DNA of 64,000 bases from Octopus vulgaris (taxonomy: Eukaryota): contig OX597814.1 in assembly GCA_951406725.2 (NCBI GenBank), positions 134,106,001 to 134,170,000 on the forward strand. Direction: 5' to 3'. The translations under genes and the position numbers were made by a program. The notes under the pieces were generated by a model that saw only the letters and a program-made list of their open reading frames with translations, was not told where the DNA came from and did not search any database. Below, one piece after another: positions 12,986-27,846 of this stretch. Position 1 is the first letter of the stretch, and each line of letters opens with the position of its first letter.

Positions 12986-13304
12986 TGTGTGAATACGAGA
13001 AAGAGAGAAGATATATTGCTTGTTATATACTAGTTATCATTTGACAAATCAGCAAATCGATCTCAATAAATGTCCGATACGTCCTGTACCTATTATCGAT
13101 CTCAGAAAGATTGGAAACAGAAACCAGTTAACAAAATACCGCATAGTGACAAATCAGCAAGACATTCTGTTAAATACTCGACTGATTTTATCATCTACTA
13201 CACACTGTTACAAACACTGTGTGTATGTGTAAATATGTGTGTGTACGTATGTACGCATGTATATATATATGTATGTATGCATGTATGTATGCATGTATGT
13301 ATGC

Positions 13305-13354
<50 letters not shown>

Positions 13355-13741
13355 GCATGTATGTATGTATGCATGTATATATGTGTGTGTGTGCGCGTGT
13401 GTGTGTGTATGTGTGTGTGAGTGTATGTGTGTGCGTGTGTATGTGTGTGTGTGTGTGTGTGTGTGTTTATGTTTAGTTGTAAAAACAATCTTACATTAAT
13501 TTACTGGGTTACCCTATACTTTCGTAGAGCACAAATTCATTATTCTTAAACAAGAATGTTGTTAACAGTGACTTCAAAATTTCGGCCAGCTAAGCAGTCC
13601 GACTATGGCTAACTGGCCCAAAATATATTGTTATATTTTGGGACGGTCACCTTTTTTGTTTTTTGCTAAATATGCACACGGCACTAAATATTCGTTCTTC
13701 ACTTCAGATTTATTATTGTCCTTATTTTATGTCCTTTGTCA

Positions 13742-13792
13742 GGAAATCTTTCGTCACACATATGTGACCTCTTCAGAGGTTCCTCTTCCTGT
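13742..13792 (-). ncRNA. Hammerhead-ribozyme-like motif (stem I decayed)
   Basis: Minus strand: CTGAAGA g gtcaca-tatg-tgtgac GAAA gatttc. Confidence 0.5.
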
Positions 13793-14583
13793 TCTATTTA
13801 GCCCGCACAGATATGAGGGCAATTCAAGCTTTCATCTAAAGGACAGGTAGACTTCAAATGTTTCTCTAGCTTTCAAATGATTTGTCTATTTTAAAAGTAC
13901 TACCGTTGTTTAAAGTTGGGAATTTTCTCTCCCCCCACCTCTCTCTCTCTCTCTCTTTCTCTGTGTTTCTCGTTTACCCGCTCGATCGCTCTTTGTCACT
14001 TAATTACACCTATTTCAGTGGAGCCTTGAGAGTTAAGTGTTTCAGATCTGAAATACGTATTCATGATAGAGACTACTAAACACTTGACAAATAGTGTAAC
14101 ACGATAGTTCACTAAGCCTTCCATGACAACCAGGTGTGTTTGTGTGTGTGAGTGTGTGTGTGTGTGTATATATACAAGGGATCTCCCAAAAGTAATGTAG
14201 GAATGGACGTAATTATGTTATTATCTGACATATGCCGTTCAAATGGTACTGGCCGGTTGAGTAACTCTTCCTCTACAAAAACTCTCCTCTCTGTTCGTCT
14301 TTATTGCATGATAACAATTTGTATGGAGGAAGAGATTTTCTACCAAATTCTGCAATTCAAACGACTTTAATCAGCCAATAAAAAAATAATACCCACTTTG
14401 CCGTACAGTTCTAGTCGAAACAATCTTTGTACAAATTTCATCATCCTTTTTGAATCCTCAAACATAAGTATAGTCACAGTTATACACACAAATATACTCA
14501 TACACATACATATATGAGGGTATGACGAATATATATGTTTTGATGTGAAATTATGCACATATGTATTCATATGTATGTGTGTG

Positions 14584-14614
<31 letters not shown>

Positions 14615-15119
14615 ATGTGTGTATGTATGTATATATACATATATATATACATACACTACGGGCCTCTCCACAGTCTCAGCCTAAAAGCTTGCAATGTGAA
14701 CTTCTAAATTATACGGAGAATATACGTGCGTACGCGCGCGTGTGTGTGCGTGCACGCGGTCATATCTCGGACGTAAAGTAAATCGAGCGGCAGAACCTCC
14801 CGCGTGGTTACAAACACTTTCTTGCCATAAATGCAATGCTGAAACCACATCATTTATTCGATTTGATAACATGACGTTTCCATTTCTATGGCGATTCAGA
14901 ACTCTTTATACGTAAGTCATTAAGCTTAACAATACAATGAATCACAAGAGTTAATAAAAGAAATAAAAATGATTGCAATTAGAAGAAAACCAGAAAAGGT
15001 ACGGAAAACAGACATAAGAAAGATCAACGTGTCGACGTAGAATGAGTAGAATAAAGAAAAGGAAGATAAGGAACATAAACGAAAAATAAGTATATTATGT
15101 GAATATGTTAACATTTATA

Positions 15120-15168
<49 letters not shown>

Positions 15169-15282
15169 ATATTTCGGAATGGTCATATTGCCAGTTTAGC
15201 CAATAAAAACACACGCACTATATATTTGGTGTTATTTTGCTTCAGTGATATTTATTTTTTACATTAATCTTAATCTTATTTC

Positions 15283-15326
15283 GGCCAAAGTTCTTTCGTC
15301 ACACTCCTGTGACCGCATCAGTGGCC
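15283..15326 (-). ncRNA. Minimal type I hammerhead-like motif
   Basis: Minus strand: ggcca CTGATGC g gtcaca-ggag-tgtgac GAAA g-aa-c TT tggcc. 5-bp stem I, 6-bp stem II, 2-bp stem III; A9 reads C. Confidence 0.65.
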
Positions 15327-15544
15327 CTTTGTTTTCTTCTCACTTATTTGTGTCTCTCCTTACTAACCGTCAGCCATTTTGTATTTCTATTGTATGTCTT
15401 CATTTGCGCATGCTTATATCTCTATGTGCGTCTATGTTTATTTAGTGTGGGGGGGATGCCTGTAATATTTGTATCTTCTGTTTATATCTGTTTCAACACA
15501 CGACTTCACATAAAAAATCTTGCACAACAAATATTTAAACGTAT

Positions 15545-16375
15545 ATATAAACTGAATGCAATACCCAATGAATACACTGGACCCGGAGGGATTGCAATCC
15601 CAGAGGTACAATCAGTGCGTGACATGGGTATTCACATGAGTGATGACGCGACCTTTCATGTACATGTTGCTAAACTGACAATGAAATGTAGACGGCTGGC
15701 TGGATGGATTCTTAGAACCTTTAGAACAAGAGAACAAGAAACCATGATGGTCCTCTGGAAGACACCTGTCCTAAGCCACTTTGACTATTGCTCTCAGCTA
15801 TGGTCACCATCCAGTGTCAAGTTGATCACAGAACTTGAGACAATCCAACGAAGCTACACGAAGAAGATAGCCTCTATGCAGAATGTAAGCTACTGGGAAA
15901 GACTCAAGAGATTAAAATTATATTCCCTGGAGCGTAGGCGGGAAAGATATGCCATAATATACATCTGGAAGATCCTGGAGGGAAGTGTCCTGAACTTTGG
16001 CATCAAGAGTTACGCAAATGCCAGAACTGGGCGCCACTGCGTGGTGCCTAGGACTCCAAACCTGCCATCAAGATGTAGGACAAGATTCTGTGATAGCCTG
16101 GGCTTCCGAGGCCCACAGCTCTTCAATATCCTCCCGAAGAACCTGAGAGACCTGCATGGGGTGGATACAGATGTCTTTAAAATGAAGCTGGATCTCTTCC
16201 TGTCAGGTGTCCCAGATGAACCAACTTCACGGCAGGAGGGGCAGATGAGGGCAGCTGCATCGAACTCTCTCATGCACCAAATAGCAGTTGCTAGAAAGCC
16301 TCCATGAAGTGAAACCAAGTAGCAACACCAAATGGCGGTGCCCCAGCATGGCCACAGCTCATAAGCTGAAACTAG

Positions 16376-16417
<42 letters not shown>
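15545..16417 (+). mobile_element. 3' part of a CR1/L2(Jockey)-group LINE with (ATCA)n tail
   Basis: Open post-RT region VRDMGIHMS..LSHFDYCSQLWSP..LETIQRSYTK..SYWERLKRLKLYSLERRRER..LFNILP..FKMKLDLFL, a short 3' UTR, then a tetranucleotide tail at 16377-16417. Confidence 0.9.
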
Positions 16418-16419
<2 letters not shown>

Positions 16420-16441
16420 TATATATATATATATATATTTA

Positions 16442-16655
16442 TGAAAATAGACAAAAGACGAAGGCAGGTGGAGTACAAACAAACAATTGTATTAGTATGG
16501 CAATTGTATTAGTATGGCGCTCAGGAATATAAATAAAACAAGTATTTTACGTTTCGAGCCTACGCTCTTCAACAGAAAGATACACAGAAAAGAAACACAG
16601 AAAGAAACAAGGAGAGAAAAAAATGCGTGCAGAGGCTAGCGAATCAACATGGCGA
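16442..16655 (-). mobile_element. Short dispersed repeat with hammerhead-like motif (probable Penelope pLTR remnant)
   Basis: Same family as 7972-8125; internal 17-bp tandem duplication caattgtattagtatgg. Confidence 0.6.
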
Positions 16656-17734
16656 TATAGGCAACAGTTATTTTACGGGTTAATCAGATAAGGGTGGTAC
16701 AACCTGCTGCTGTAACAGAAGCTCCTCAAAGATACTTCCTGAAAATCTCTGTTTTTGTGTTCTAATGGAGGTCAAGAATATGCAGATTATTAAGGATTTG
16801 TCCTTCATCTGCTTTGCAAAGATCACATCTTTTACTTCCAGGCGTTTGCTTTTTCAATAATCTTCTATTTACTGTTGTGGTTGCAAGCTTAGTTTTTCAA
16901 TTGCTGTTTGCAGTCGGTTAATCTTGTCACATTTGCCTTTTCGATGTAACTAAAACAAGATGTAAGTTTGTTGAATCTTTGATCTTCCTTCAGGACATGC
17001 CTACCATATACGTATAACGTCATTGCTTGGTTTTATACAAGTAACTCTTTTTTTTTTCATAAACTTAGACCCAAGAGCCTCAAAAACGAACCTCATAGAA
17101 CTAACACTAAATTCCAAAAATATAAAATGTCTTCCAATCGAAACAGGAATACGACATTAAGCAACTTAATCTCAAAATTCCGTCAAAGCTAGAAGACCGG
17201 TTTCCCATTTTCCCCCTCTACATCTGTTGTTGAAACATTCACATTACTTTGTTATTAGTGCTTTGATTCCTCTTATATTCGTAAATAATATTTTTTTTAC
17301 TTTTTCTACTATTGTTCTATATTTTATTTTCGGTAATTTATATTTTTAGCCTCCGTGCATGCCAATTATTATACTGATAAGAAGAATTGCTCATTTTTCC
17401 TATCTAAAGGCCCTGCAACCTTAACAGAAGCGAAATTATTCAAAATCTTGTATCAAAATGTAAGAATAAACTGTATGGTTTAGCGTTTGCATTTATAGTA
17501 GAAAGTTATGAATGGTAATGATGAGAATTCTACGGTTCATATGAGTACGTATATAAATGTTTGTGTGTGTTTATGTGTGGTGGGTGCAAAGCAATACAAA
17601 ACTTAGAACTCTATGAAATCATTGATAGGCTTGGGATGTCGATAACAAAGTGTCCAAGTCTTTCTATGCCACTTGCTGACTCGAGAGAATGCAAGCCAAA
17701 TTCAACTCGTCTTCAATATCTACTGCTCTACTGT

Positions 17735-18075
<341 letters not shown>

Positions 18076-19024
18076 GCACTTACCTCACACTAATCGAACT
18101 ATGAAAACAGGGCAGCGAGAACGGGAACAGGAAATGATCCAGAATAGCTATTTGTGAAGGGGAGGGTGTGAACTGCCGACCAGTTAGTTACACAGATCGC
18201 TGGTGTGTATAAAGAAATAAAGACGTTAACCAGAGAATAATTAGAAGGCGATAAGACAGATTGTCGTGGGATGGAGTGCTGGTGAGATAACTTGGCCTTG
18301 TCCTACTTCTACCTGGACCATCTCCAGGGGAAACGATTTGAGACACTGACGAGGTTATATTTGTTGTGAAGAAGGGGATACAACAGTGCAATTTTTCAAA
18401 AGAGGATTCGAGAGCTGAGGTCCTACGATGGCACAAATACATCGCATGTGATGGAGACTACGTCGTGCATGGAAGAAGAATCTTCTACTATTATATGCGA
18501 TTTTAACAACCTATTACTTACTAAAAAAATATGATTATTTTTGCATTATTTTGTAGACAACCTTTATATTTGAGGGCATGCTAAAAATTTGGAAAGCTGA
18601 TACTATTTTTAAATTGTTTTACATTATCTAATTATTGACTTTTCAAGAAAAAATCTTTATTCTACTAAACACACGAGTGAAATTTATTATTTTATATAAT
18701 TAGATTTAATTCTTGAAAGATTCTGACCAAAAAATGCCTCTATTCCATTTGCAACGACTTACTTATGTAAAAGTGGGGAAGTGAGTAAATTTGTTTGAGT
18801 TTGATTGAAGAAATGAAACAGTTGAAAACAATTTTATTTTAAGTAGCAACTTAAATGCAAATGAAGCGCATACTATTTCAGTAGAAATGCTCGTCTGACA
18901 ATATAACAAAAAACACTGAACAGAATAAACAATGAGAATCGAACTACGTGCTCGCCAATTCCCGCAGGCTGAGGTACCCACCACACCATGGTAACCACTA
19001 CAACTTTGTAGCACCTCTCTCTCA

Positions 19025-19072
<48 letters not shown>

Positions 19073-20446
19073 CACTCTCTCTCGCACTCACTCTCTTCCT
19101 CTCTCTTTACACATACACAAAGTTGATTGCGGCTCATGCGGTTTGAGAAGTAATTGACCGAAAATGTACTGAATACTGTTATGTAGAGTGGAATAATAAC
19201 GTCATTTACACAAAGCTGTGCTTGCGTGAGTTGCTGTTTGAAGTTTCTCGGTCTGAGTCCTCAGGCGGCTAAATTTATGCATTTGGAAGCTTTTCATTAT
19301 ATGTAGAATAACTGTAGTTATGGATCAACTGACATAGTTGAAAACCTCAGTAGGGTCTATTAGTTACATGTAGACAGGAAACAATGATTAGAGGATAGGG
19401 AAAAAAACAGCAAGAGAAAGAAAAAAATAAGAGCTAGATGCCTGAGTAAAAGCAAAAGAAAAAGGAATAAAACACATATAGAAGAAAGAGTAGAAGAAGA
19501 ATTAAGCTAAGTTGGAGAAGATTGTGAAGAACACGAAACAGAACATCAGGAAGAGGAAAAAGAAAAAGAGGAAAAATGAAGCTTAAGTGAGAGATAAAGG
19601 TGTGGAACAGAGAAAATATGTGCAGACGAAAGAGAAGAAGAAAGAGACAAAAGAGGAATGGATAAGAAAGAAGGATAAGATTTTTTAAAAATTGCAGACA
19701 AAAAGAAAATAGCCAAAAAGCATTTTTAGACATTTATTCAAATTTATCAGCAGTTTTAAACATAAAAGTCAATTTTATTTATTGGAGTGTGAAGAATTCT
19801 AATGTAAGTGTTATTTATGCTTTTTTTGTTAGTTGAAGTCAAATATAAAGTTGCTAATAGATTGTCTTATGTTCAGATTAATTGCCTATTTTAATGGAGT
19901 GTAATGGGGCGGGGAACTGTTGCTTAACGGTATAACGGACGGTTTCTCAACACACACAAACACAGACTTCCTTCACCCTCATATGTATATAAATATATAT
20001 CACTATATCACTGTATCGACCACACTATCGAGTGTTGCAACACACCACAGCTCACAATGTGCTTCCTCCCATTGTTGTCGCTTTTGGATGGTGTCAGCCC
20101 ACATGCTGGGCGGTAAGACAAACAACCCCTCTAAACGGAACGCCAGTCCGTCGCAGGGTTTCTCATTTACAGCTCGGTGGACTGGAACAACGGGAAATGA
20201 AGTGTTTTACGTCTTGAATTGAAACAGTTGTAAGGGAAGGAATATTTGTCAATTTTTTAGTTAATAAATAATAATTTATTAATTACCTCTCTATTTTCTT
20301 ATCTTATATATGTATATATATATATATAATTTCTAGTGATGCTGATGCTTACTAGCACCCTGTCACTTTAGTGACAACTATACTTATTGCTTATCAGTTC
20401 TAGATTGTGAACAGCCACCTTTATAGTTTAAATATATATATATTTT

Positions 20447-21728
<1,282 letters not shown>

Positions 21729-21771
21729 TATATATCAACTCTTGCGTTCTTTTCAACCTTCTACATAAGAC

Positions 21772-21831
<60 letters not shown>

Positions 21832-22373
21832 GAACCAACCCACCAGGTTAAAGTGTGGCTATAAGGGGAATCCAAGAGAGCAGATATGGGGACAATGATT
21901 CAAATAAACAGAAAAAGCCTTGTGTTTTAATGTACAATATATATAATTACATGTATGCGTGTAAAAAGATGAAAGCAGACGCAAAATTTTCAGATGATAA
22001 ACAATCAAGTGAAAATATATATATACATATATCTAAAATTTTATAGGGCTAACTTACTCAGATTACATAGACTCAAAGAATTAGAGGTGGGAAGGTGTTA
22101 AAAGTCCGATAGCTGTTTCTGAAAGCTTGGAATTGCTTTATAATGTTGGCAGATGTAGTTCATCAAACATTTGCAGTAAGTAATGGAAGCAAACAAACCA
22201 ATGTTTACATGTATACATGTATATATATTTTGAACATTAAAATACGAGTCTTTATTTGTTTATTTGAATTATTCTTTCTCTCTCTCTCTCTCTCACTCAC
22301 TCTCTCTCTCTCTCTCACTCACTCTCTCTCTCTCTCTCACTCACTCTCTCTTACTCTTTCTCTCTCTCTCTCT

Positions 22374-22417
<44 letters not shown>

Positions 22418-23449
22418 TATTGTGGGTGCGTGTACTACATAAATACGGAATTATAATAAGAAAACGAATATACACACTACATATGCGTATTGCTTAAAAT
22501 GCATATAAGTATATTATTTGTACGTTTGAACAGTTGTTCGTACATTTAATTATTTCATATGCAATTAACTTTGCTCAGTTATGTTCCACATCTTACGCAC
22601 TCTCAGGAATTTAATAATTGCTCTTGCCCGTTTAGTACTAATTTTTGCAGTTTGTTCCACCATTAATTTCGGAACTTAAAAGCGCTATCTCGCTTTGTCT
22701 TCAACTAATTTCTTGTAATTCTTTTCTTTCATTTCTAATATGCCCTAGTTTAATGGATACCGATGTTCTAATTTGTGTTTGTTTTTCTACAAAAACATGA
22801 AGACCAATATATTATGAGTATTCTTCTGAGAACAAAAGTGTTTATCTACTACGTATGATTAACAACTTCACAGTACATTGATCAAATTTTATAAACACTT
22901 TTAAGTTTGTTGCTTGTTGCTGTAACGCACTTTTAAACTTATTCTTTACTTTAATTTAATCACAAGTTTTCAAAATTTATTCACACATTCACAGCTTTAG
23001 AAGTATTAAACTCTAAATCTTCATTAATCAATCAAACCAAAAAGATCTGTTCATTCTTAAATATAAATACATAGTACACTGTTTTTGACATTTATCCCAA
23101 TATAAAATTCAACGCTTCTAATTTCAGGTCCTCCTTCACAGCTTTTCAAACCCCTTCCTTTTGTCTTCATGTTATCTTATTTTCACTCTTCTTCTCTATT
23201 GCCGACCATTTTATACATATATAAATGTCATTATAATACGTTATTTATAAGTTTTTTTTAACTCCATGAAGAGTACACATTATGAATGAAACAAAATTGT
23301 AGCACCTTAATGAATAGAATTCTTTGTGTTGTTTGTGGTCCCCATTCTTATTCTGTCAGAGTACATCATTTTTATTAAATCATTAACTAATTGCATTCTT
23401 TAAATTGTTGAAGCAGTAAATATTGTTATTTCTCAAGAAATTCTTTTAA

Positions 23450-23985
23450 AATTTATCTTGGGTGCCTAATGCAGAGAAATGGCCATTTTATCCAGAGTCT
23501 TAGGTTACGTTATTTTTCTTCAATAAACAAGAAAAGAATCAGAGAAACGACTTAAGATATAGATCTAAATCTAACAAATGCCTACCTAAAAATAAGCAAT
23601 TAGTACCATTTGAAGAAATTGTATTTTCTTTAATCAAAACACCAAAGTTCAGAAAAGGGTTAAAAAGGAAGTTAAAAACCAAAATATGTAGATCAAATAT
23701 ATTTACAATTAGATTAAACCAAAGATTTAAATCAAGTTAATTATACCATTAATCACAAATTCCTATCAATTTTCATTACAAAAATTTACAAGAAAATTAA
23801 TCGAAATACTCTGATATAAATACCCAAAGCCAAAATATTACTTCTGATCTCGTCATTGAAAATAGAACTTAGCCACAACTATGCCTCAACAACTTTTTTA
23901 TTTTATTTCCAAGGACCATAAGTATATTTTTTTTATGATAAACCTTCGATTTGATTAAACTTTCAAAGTAATTAATCTCAAAAAA
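23450..23985 (+). mobile_element. Highly decayed Penelope-like RT N-terminal remnant
   Basis: Broken translation retains PFEE, ITKIYKK and KDHK...DKP.RLI, resembling the LKDHK..F..P..RLINP motif of Penelope RTs. Confidence 0.4.
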
Positions 23986-24779
23986 GTTAAAGAAAGAAAT
24001 GAAGAAGCTGCGAGGAGTGCATCATTTAAATGTATCGTATTGTATTGCGAAGGATATAACAAAAGGGAATCAGATTAAACAGGGGACAGGAAGTGAAAGA
24101 CAGTGGTACTATAAAATTAATATAAAACAGAAAGTGGAATGCGAAATAAATAAGAAGAATTGCAAACAGAACGAAAGAATGTTTGTGAGAGAAGGAGTAT
24201 GAGATATCAGAGAGACATTGTATGAGTAAGAAATAAATGCATGAAAGTAGAACATTAGAAAAATAAATGAAGAATTTTGCAGAAAATAAAATAAAATCCA
24301 GTAAATTAAACTAGAAATGTTCGTAATATTCAGAAGACAAAAACAAGTTATTTCGCTGATATTGAGACAAAACTCACAAGGACAAATGAGATGGTTTTCT
24401 AAACTACGTAATAGACCTTAGAACATTTATTAACTAGAAAACCTTTCTGACCAAATTTGAGTTGCATTAAATATAACTGTATGAGGTTGCCTAAAGGATG
24501 AAAAGATTCCAAAGAATTCCAAAAAGACTGAAACTTTGCAAATACATATCACCTATAAATTTTCGTCCTATTTAGATTTATGTAGGATAGTATTTCTTAA
24601 AATAAACCTATTTCAGATACATTTCCAGATTAACTCATTTCTTCAATTCAACAAATAAACAGATATCAAGATGAAGAATTTCTCGCCGGTAATTGGACAG
24701 CAAGATCTAGACCTTACAGAGTATAGTTTGGAAAATTCTACAACGTGTAATGTTATCATTTTTTCCGACAGACATATTT

Positions 24780-25330
24780 CAAGAGGAAGATAGTGTTTCT
24801 TTTTCCTGTTACAAAACAAATTTACGTGCTGTATTTAATTCTGATCTTAAAGGTACGTTACTTGAAGGTATGCTTTGGTAGGCTTCTTAGTTGTGATCTT
24901 CCAACTTCACATTGACACAATATATCAACTACATACTGTAGTATTTGTGTCTAAGCGATATGAAATAATATTGGCAGAAGATACATCTGTGTTGGTTAAC
25001 AGACAGAATACTGTTTTGGTAATCTTTGCAGTTTCTATTATTGATGACAAGAAATAAATTCCTGAGACGCAACTTTCAAAGCCCTCTTGATAAACTTTTA
25101 CGGTATCTATAAACAAGAAGTGCCTTTGAATCAGATTTAAAACGTTTGGGTGATATTGGAAACTACTCTTAAGCGGAGTGAGATTGCCAAACGGTATTGC
25201 CCTTGCGTCGGTATTTTTTGTGGATCTTTGCGTTCTGAGCCTTTGGGTGTGGACCAAATTTGGGAGCTTTTGTCGGATTTCAGTTTGTTGCAAGTATTCA
25301 GGCGAGTTCTCCTCATCTGAAGCTGAAAAA
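24780..25330 (-). mobile_element. Decayed Penelope-like linker/GIY-YIG remnant
   Basis: NLTPLKSS...VLNLIQRHF...SC...LSSII resembles the WFNPP..FL.LI..HF..SYSC..II linker of Penelope-like elements; followed by a broken CQCEV..TFKIR segment. Confidence 0.45.
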
Positions 25331-25389
25331 GAGAAATGTGGATTCGTGGTTGCTAGCGATAAAAGGAAGATGAGTTTTGCATATAACTG

Positions 25390-26160
25390 AATTACCTCAA
25401 GTTTGCGCTTGTTAATTTTGGCAGTGTGTGCTCGGACATTGTCATACTGTATTAGTGTGCGCCTTCGATTGACCAGTACCGAGTAACGGGTTTTCAAAGC
25501 ATCATATGCTCGCTGTAGTTTTTGAGTACAAAGATTAGCATTCACAGCTTGACTCTCTGGAACAAGCTCAAAGTGCAACACCCCTTCTTCAAAAGACCTT
25601 CTGTTCAAACTGCCCTTGTTTGACAACAGGTTCTAAAGCCTGGACGGAACGAAACCACTGATTTCTCGTAATATTATGAAAACAGATCCATTTTGCGTCC
25701 CAGTTACTATTCGATGTCAAAACGGACATCTTGGGGAGTCACCAGCATTTACTTGCAAATGTTCACACGTTGTTGAGCTTGGCCACTGGTCAGTTCATGA
25801 AGAACTTCTCGACAGCATCTGATCACAAAGCCGAGCTTATGAAGGCAGCGATTGATGGTGCTTAATGAAGGATCAAAATCTGCCGTAAATGTACAAGTGA
25901 TTGTGATTGGCTGTTGTTCAATCATTTCAAGCAAGGCCTCAGCTTCCACAACAGAAGGTCTCCCTAGCCTTGGTTTGTCTCTGAAGCTAGTGTCGCCTTC
26001 TTTGAAACGTTTGAGCCAGTTTTGTGCCACACATTCATTGATAGTCCTTCGCCTTCTGCATCATTAATTTCTTTTGCCACTGCCTTTGCCCGCGGTTCCA
26101 TTTTTCCACTGGTAGTGTAAAATGGCTCTAATTGCAATTCTTTCACCGCTCGTTATCAAA
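25390..26160 (-). mobile_element. Mariner transposase remnant
   Basis: WLKRFKEGDTSFRDKPRLGRP, REVLHELT (WVPHEL-like), a broken VTG..KWI segment, HFELVPESQAVNA, QYDNVRAHTA; several frameshifts. Confidence 0.88.
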
Positions 26161-26354
26161 GCTGTAAAATAAAGAATTAACAATTAATGCTTATATATTA
26201 TATATGAAAATAATGAATAAACAATTCATCAATGATTGGGCAACAAGTTGTATCAGACTAATGATATAACATGTAGATTCAAGTTGCCAAAAATCATCAG
26301 TGAAAATCCGAAAAACTCTTCAACTTTGCTAAATTTGCTCGATTGTAGTTAAAT

Positions 26355-26385
<31 letters not shown>

Positions 26386-27730
26386 GTGCACATATAAACA
26401 GGTACAAAAAAGGAAATAAGTGATATTTAAATATTTATCCCCAGTTATTGGTCATGTCGTTCACTAATAAACAACCTCATTAGCCAACTTATTGATATAT
26501 TCTTCCAACACAATGATTCATTTGTGTTATCATGTGTTTGAGTGTGTGTTACTGTGCGTGTGCGCCCGTGTGTGGAAGTGTGTGTGATCTCTTGAATACT
26601 TTGTTAATGCAAGTAAGTATATGACTGACGATTACTTAAGATAACTGATACTTTTCATTTGCAATGTCTTCATACTCTAAGCAGAAAATAATGCAACGTT
26701 TTACCATTATGATGCCTAGCTCTTGTTAGCATTACGATATTTCATTCACCAATGTACTGTGATATCATTTTTGTACTATTTTCTATTAAACAAATGTTTA
26801 CATTTTTTCTTCATCTATAATGATATATGTCTTCTTTTTATTCCAGATTACGCATCGAAGAAAAGAATATAAGACGTTCTTGTAGAAAACGTGCATTAAT
26901 GACAACGACTTTTGAATTCAAAATCATACTATTCGACGAAAATGCCAAATCTTCGGAAACACCAAAATTACATATCACCAGCACTATTTTATTGCCTGAG
27001 AAATTATGATAATTAGTAGAATGTAACACATTTACCTCGAGCTGATAGTATCTCTAATATTGCATTTTATATTTAATATTTCATCCAGCTGCACTTATGA
27101 TTCCATTGAATCATTTTTCATTGAAGACGATTATAATCAAGAAAGTAATGCAATATCAACTTGTCTACAATACTAAGAATATTTCGCGAGTTTATGTTTA
27201 AGCAAGCCTAACATCTTATTGTGAACCACATTGACGACAATATATTTTAACTTTTATTACCTTTTTTTGACTCTTTTTCTTAAAACGGTTAGAGAAGGGA
27301 AGTTTATTTAATACACACGCAATAACTGATAGGTAGTACATCGCGAACGTTGAACAGCATAACTTTTTATCACTTCATACTTCCTTGCATCTTTGTAAGA
27401 GTTAAATATATTAAGTATGAGAAAGAATATCGCCATTGATTTGCTGGTTCCACGAACTTTTCTGTGATATCGTCTTTAACAGGATATTTTTATTATTATA
27501 TCCTTTGTGTTATATATTTACATTAGTAAGTGGCGTTTGTATTTCACAAATTAAACATGACCTATAAAATAGTAGATACTATACGAACTGAGTGATTAGC
27601 GAATACGGGGTTTAATTCAAGCGTTAAAATTATGCGAAAAGAATATTTGATTACCAGCTGAATAATTGATTTTCAAATCCAAGTGAGGCTTAGAGTGTTA
27701 TTATATAATTTATAAAAAGTAAAATGTTCG

Positions 27731-27750
27731 CTAATTTTTTTTCACGCCAG
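27731..27750 (+). promoter_or_regulatory. Probable splice acceptor of the GPCR coding exon
   Basis: Branch-point-like ctaat, poly-T tract and cag (ctaatttttttttcacgccag), 96 nt upstream of the ATG. Confidence 0.55.
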
Positions 27751-27846
27751 AACTATTAACTATATGATCTTGATACTAAGTTAGTCTCTGTCAATAGTAT
27801 ATATGAGCAGTGTACATTTTGAATTGTGAAACGCAACGTGTTAATC

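Noticed and set aside
15309-15545. Hydrophobic N-terminus of the 332-aa ORF, which looks like a signal or membrane segment
   Set aside because: It is chance read-through of an adjacent T-rich repeat into a truncated LINE frame, and the start codon is not ATG.
24925-25626. 233-aa minus-strand ORF as a novel fusion gene
   Set aside because: It is an accidental in-frame join of a mariner remnant and a Penelope remnant, both with broken motifs.
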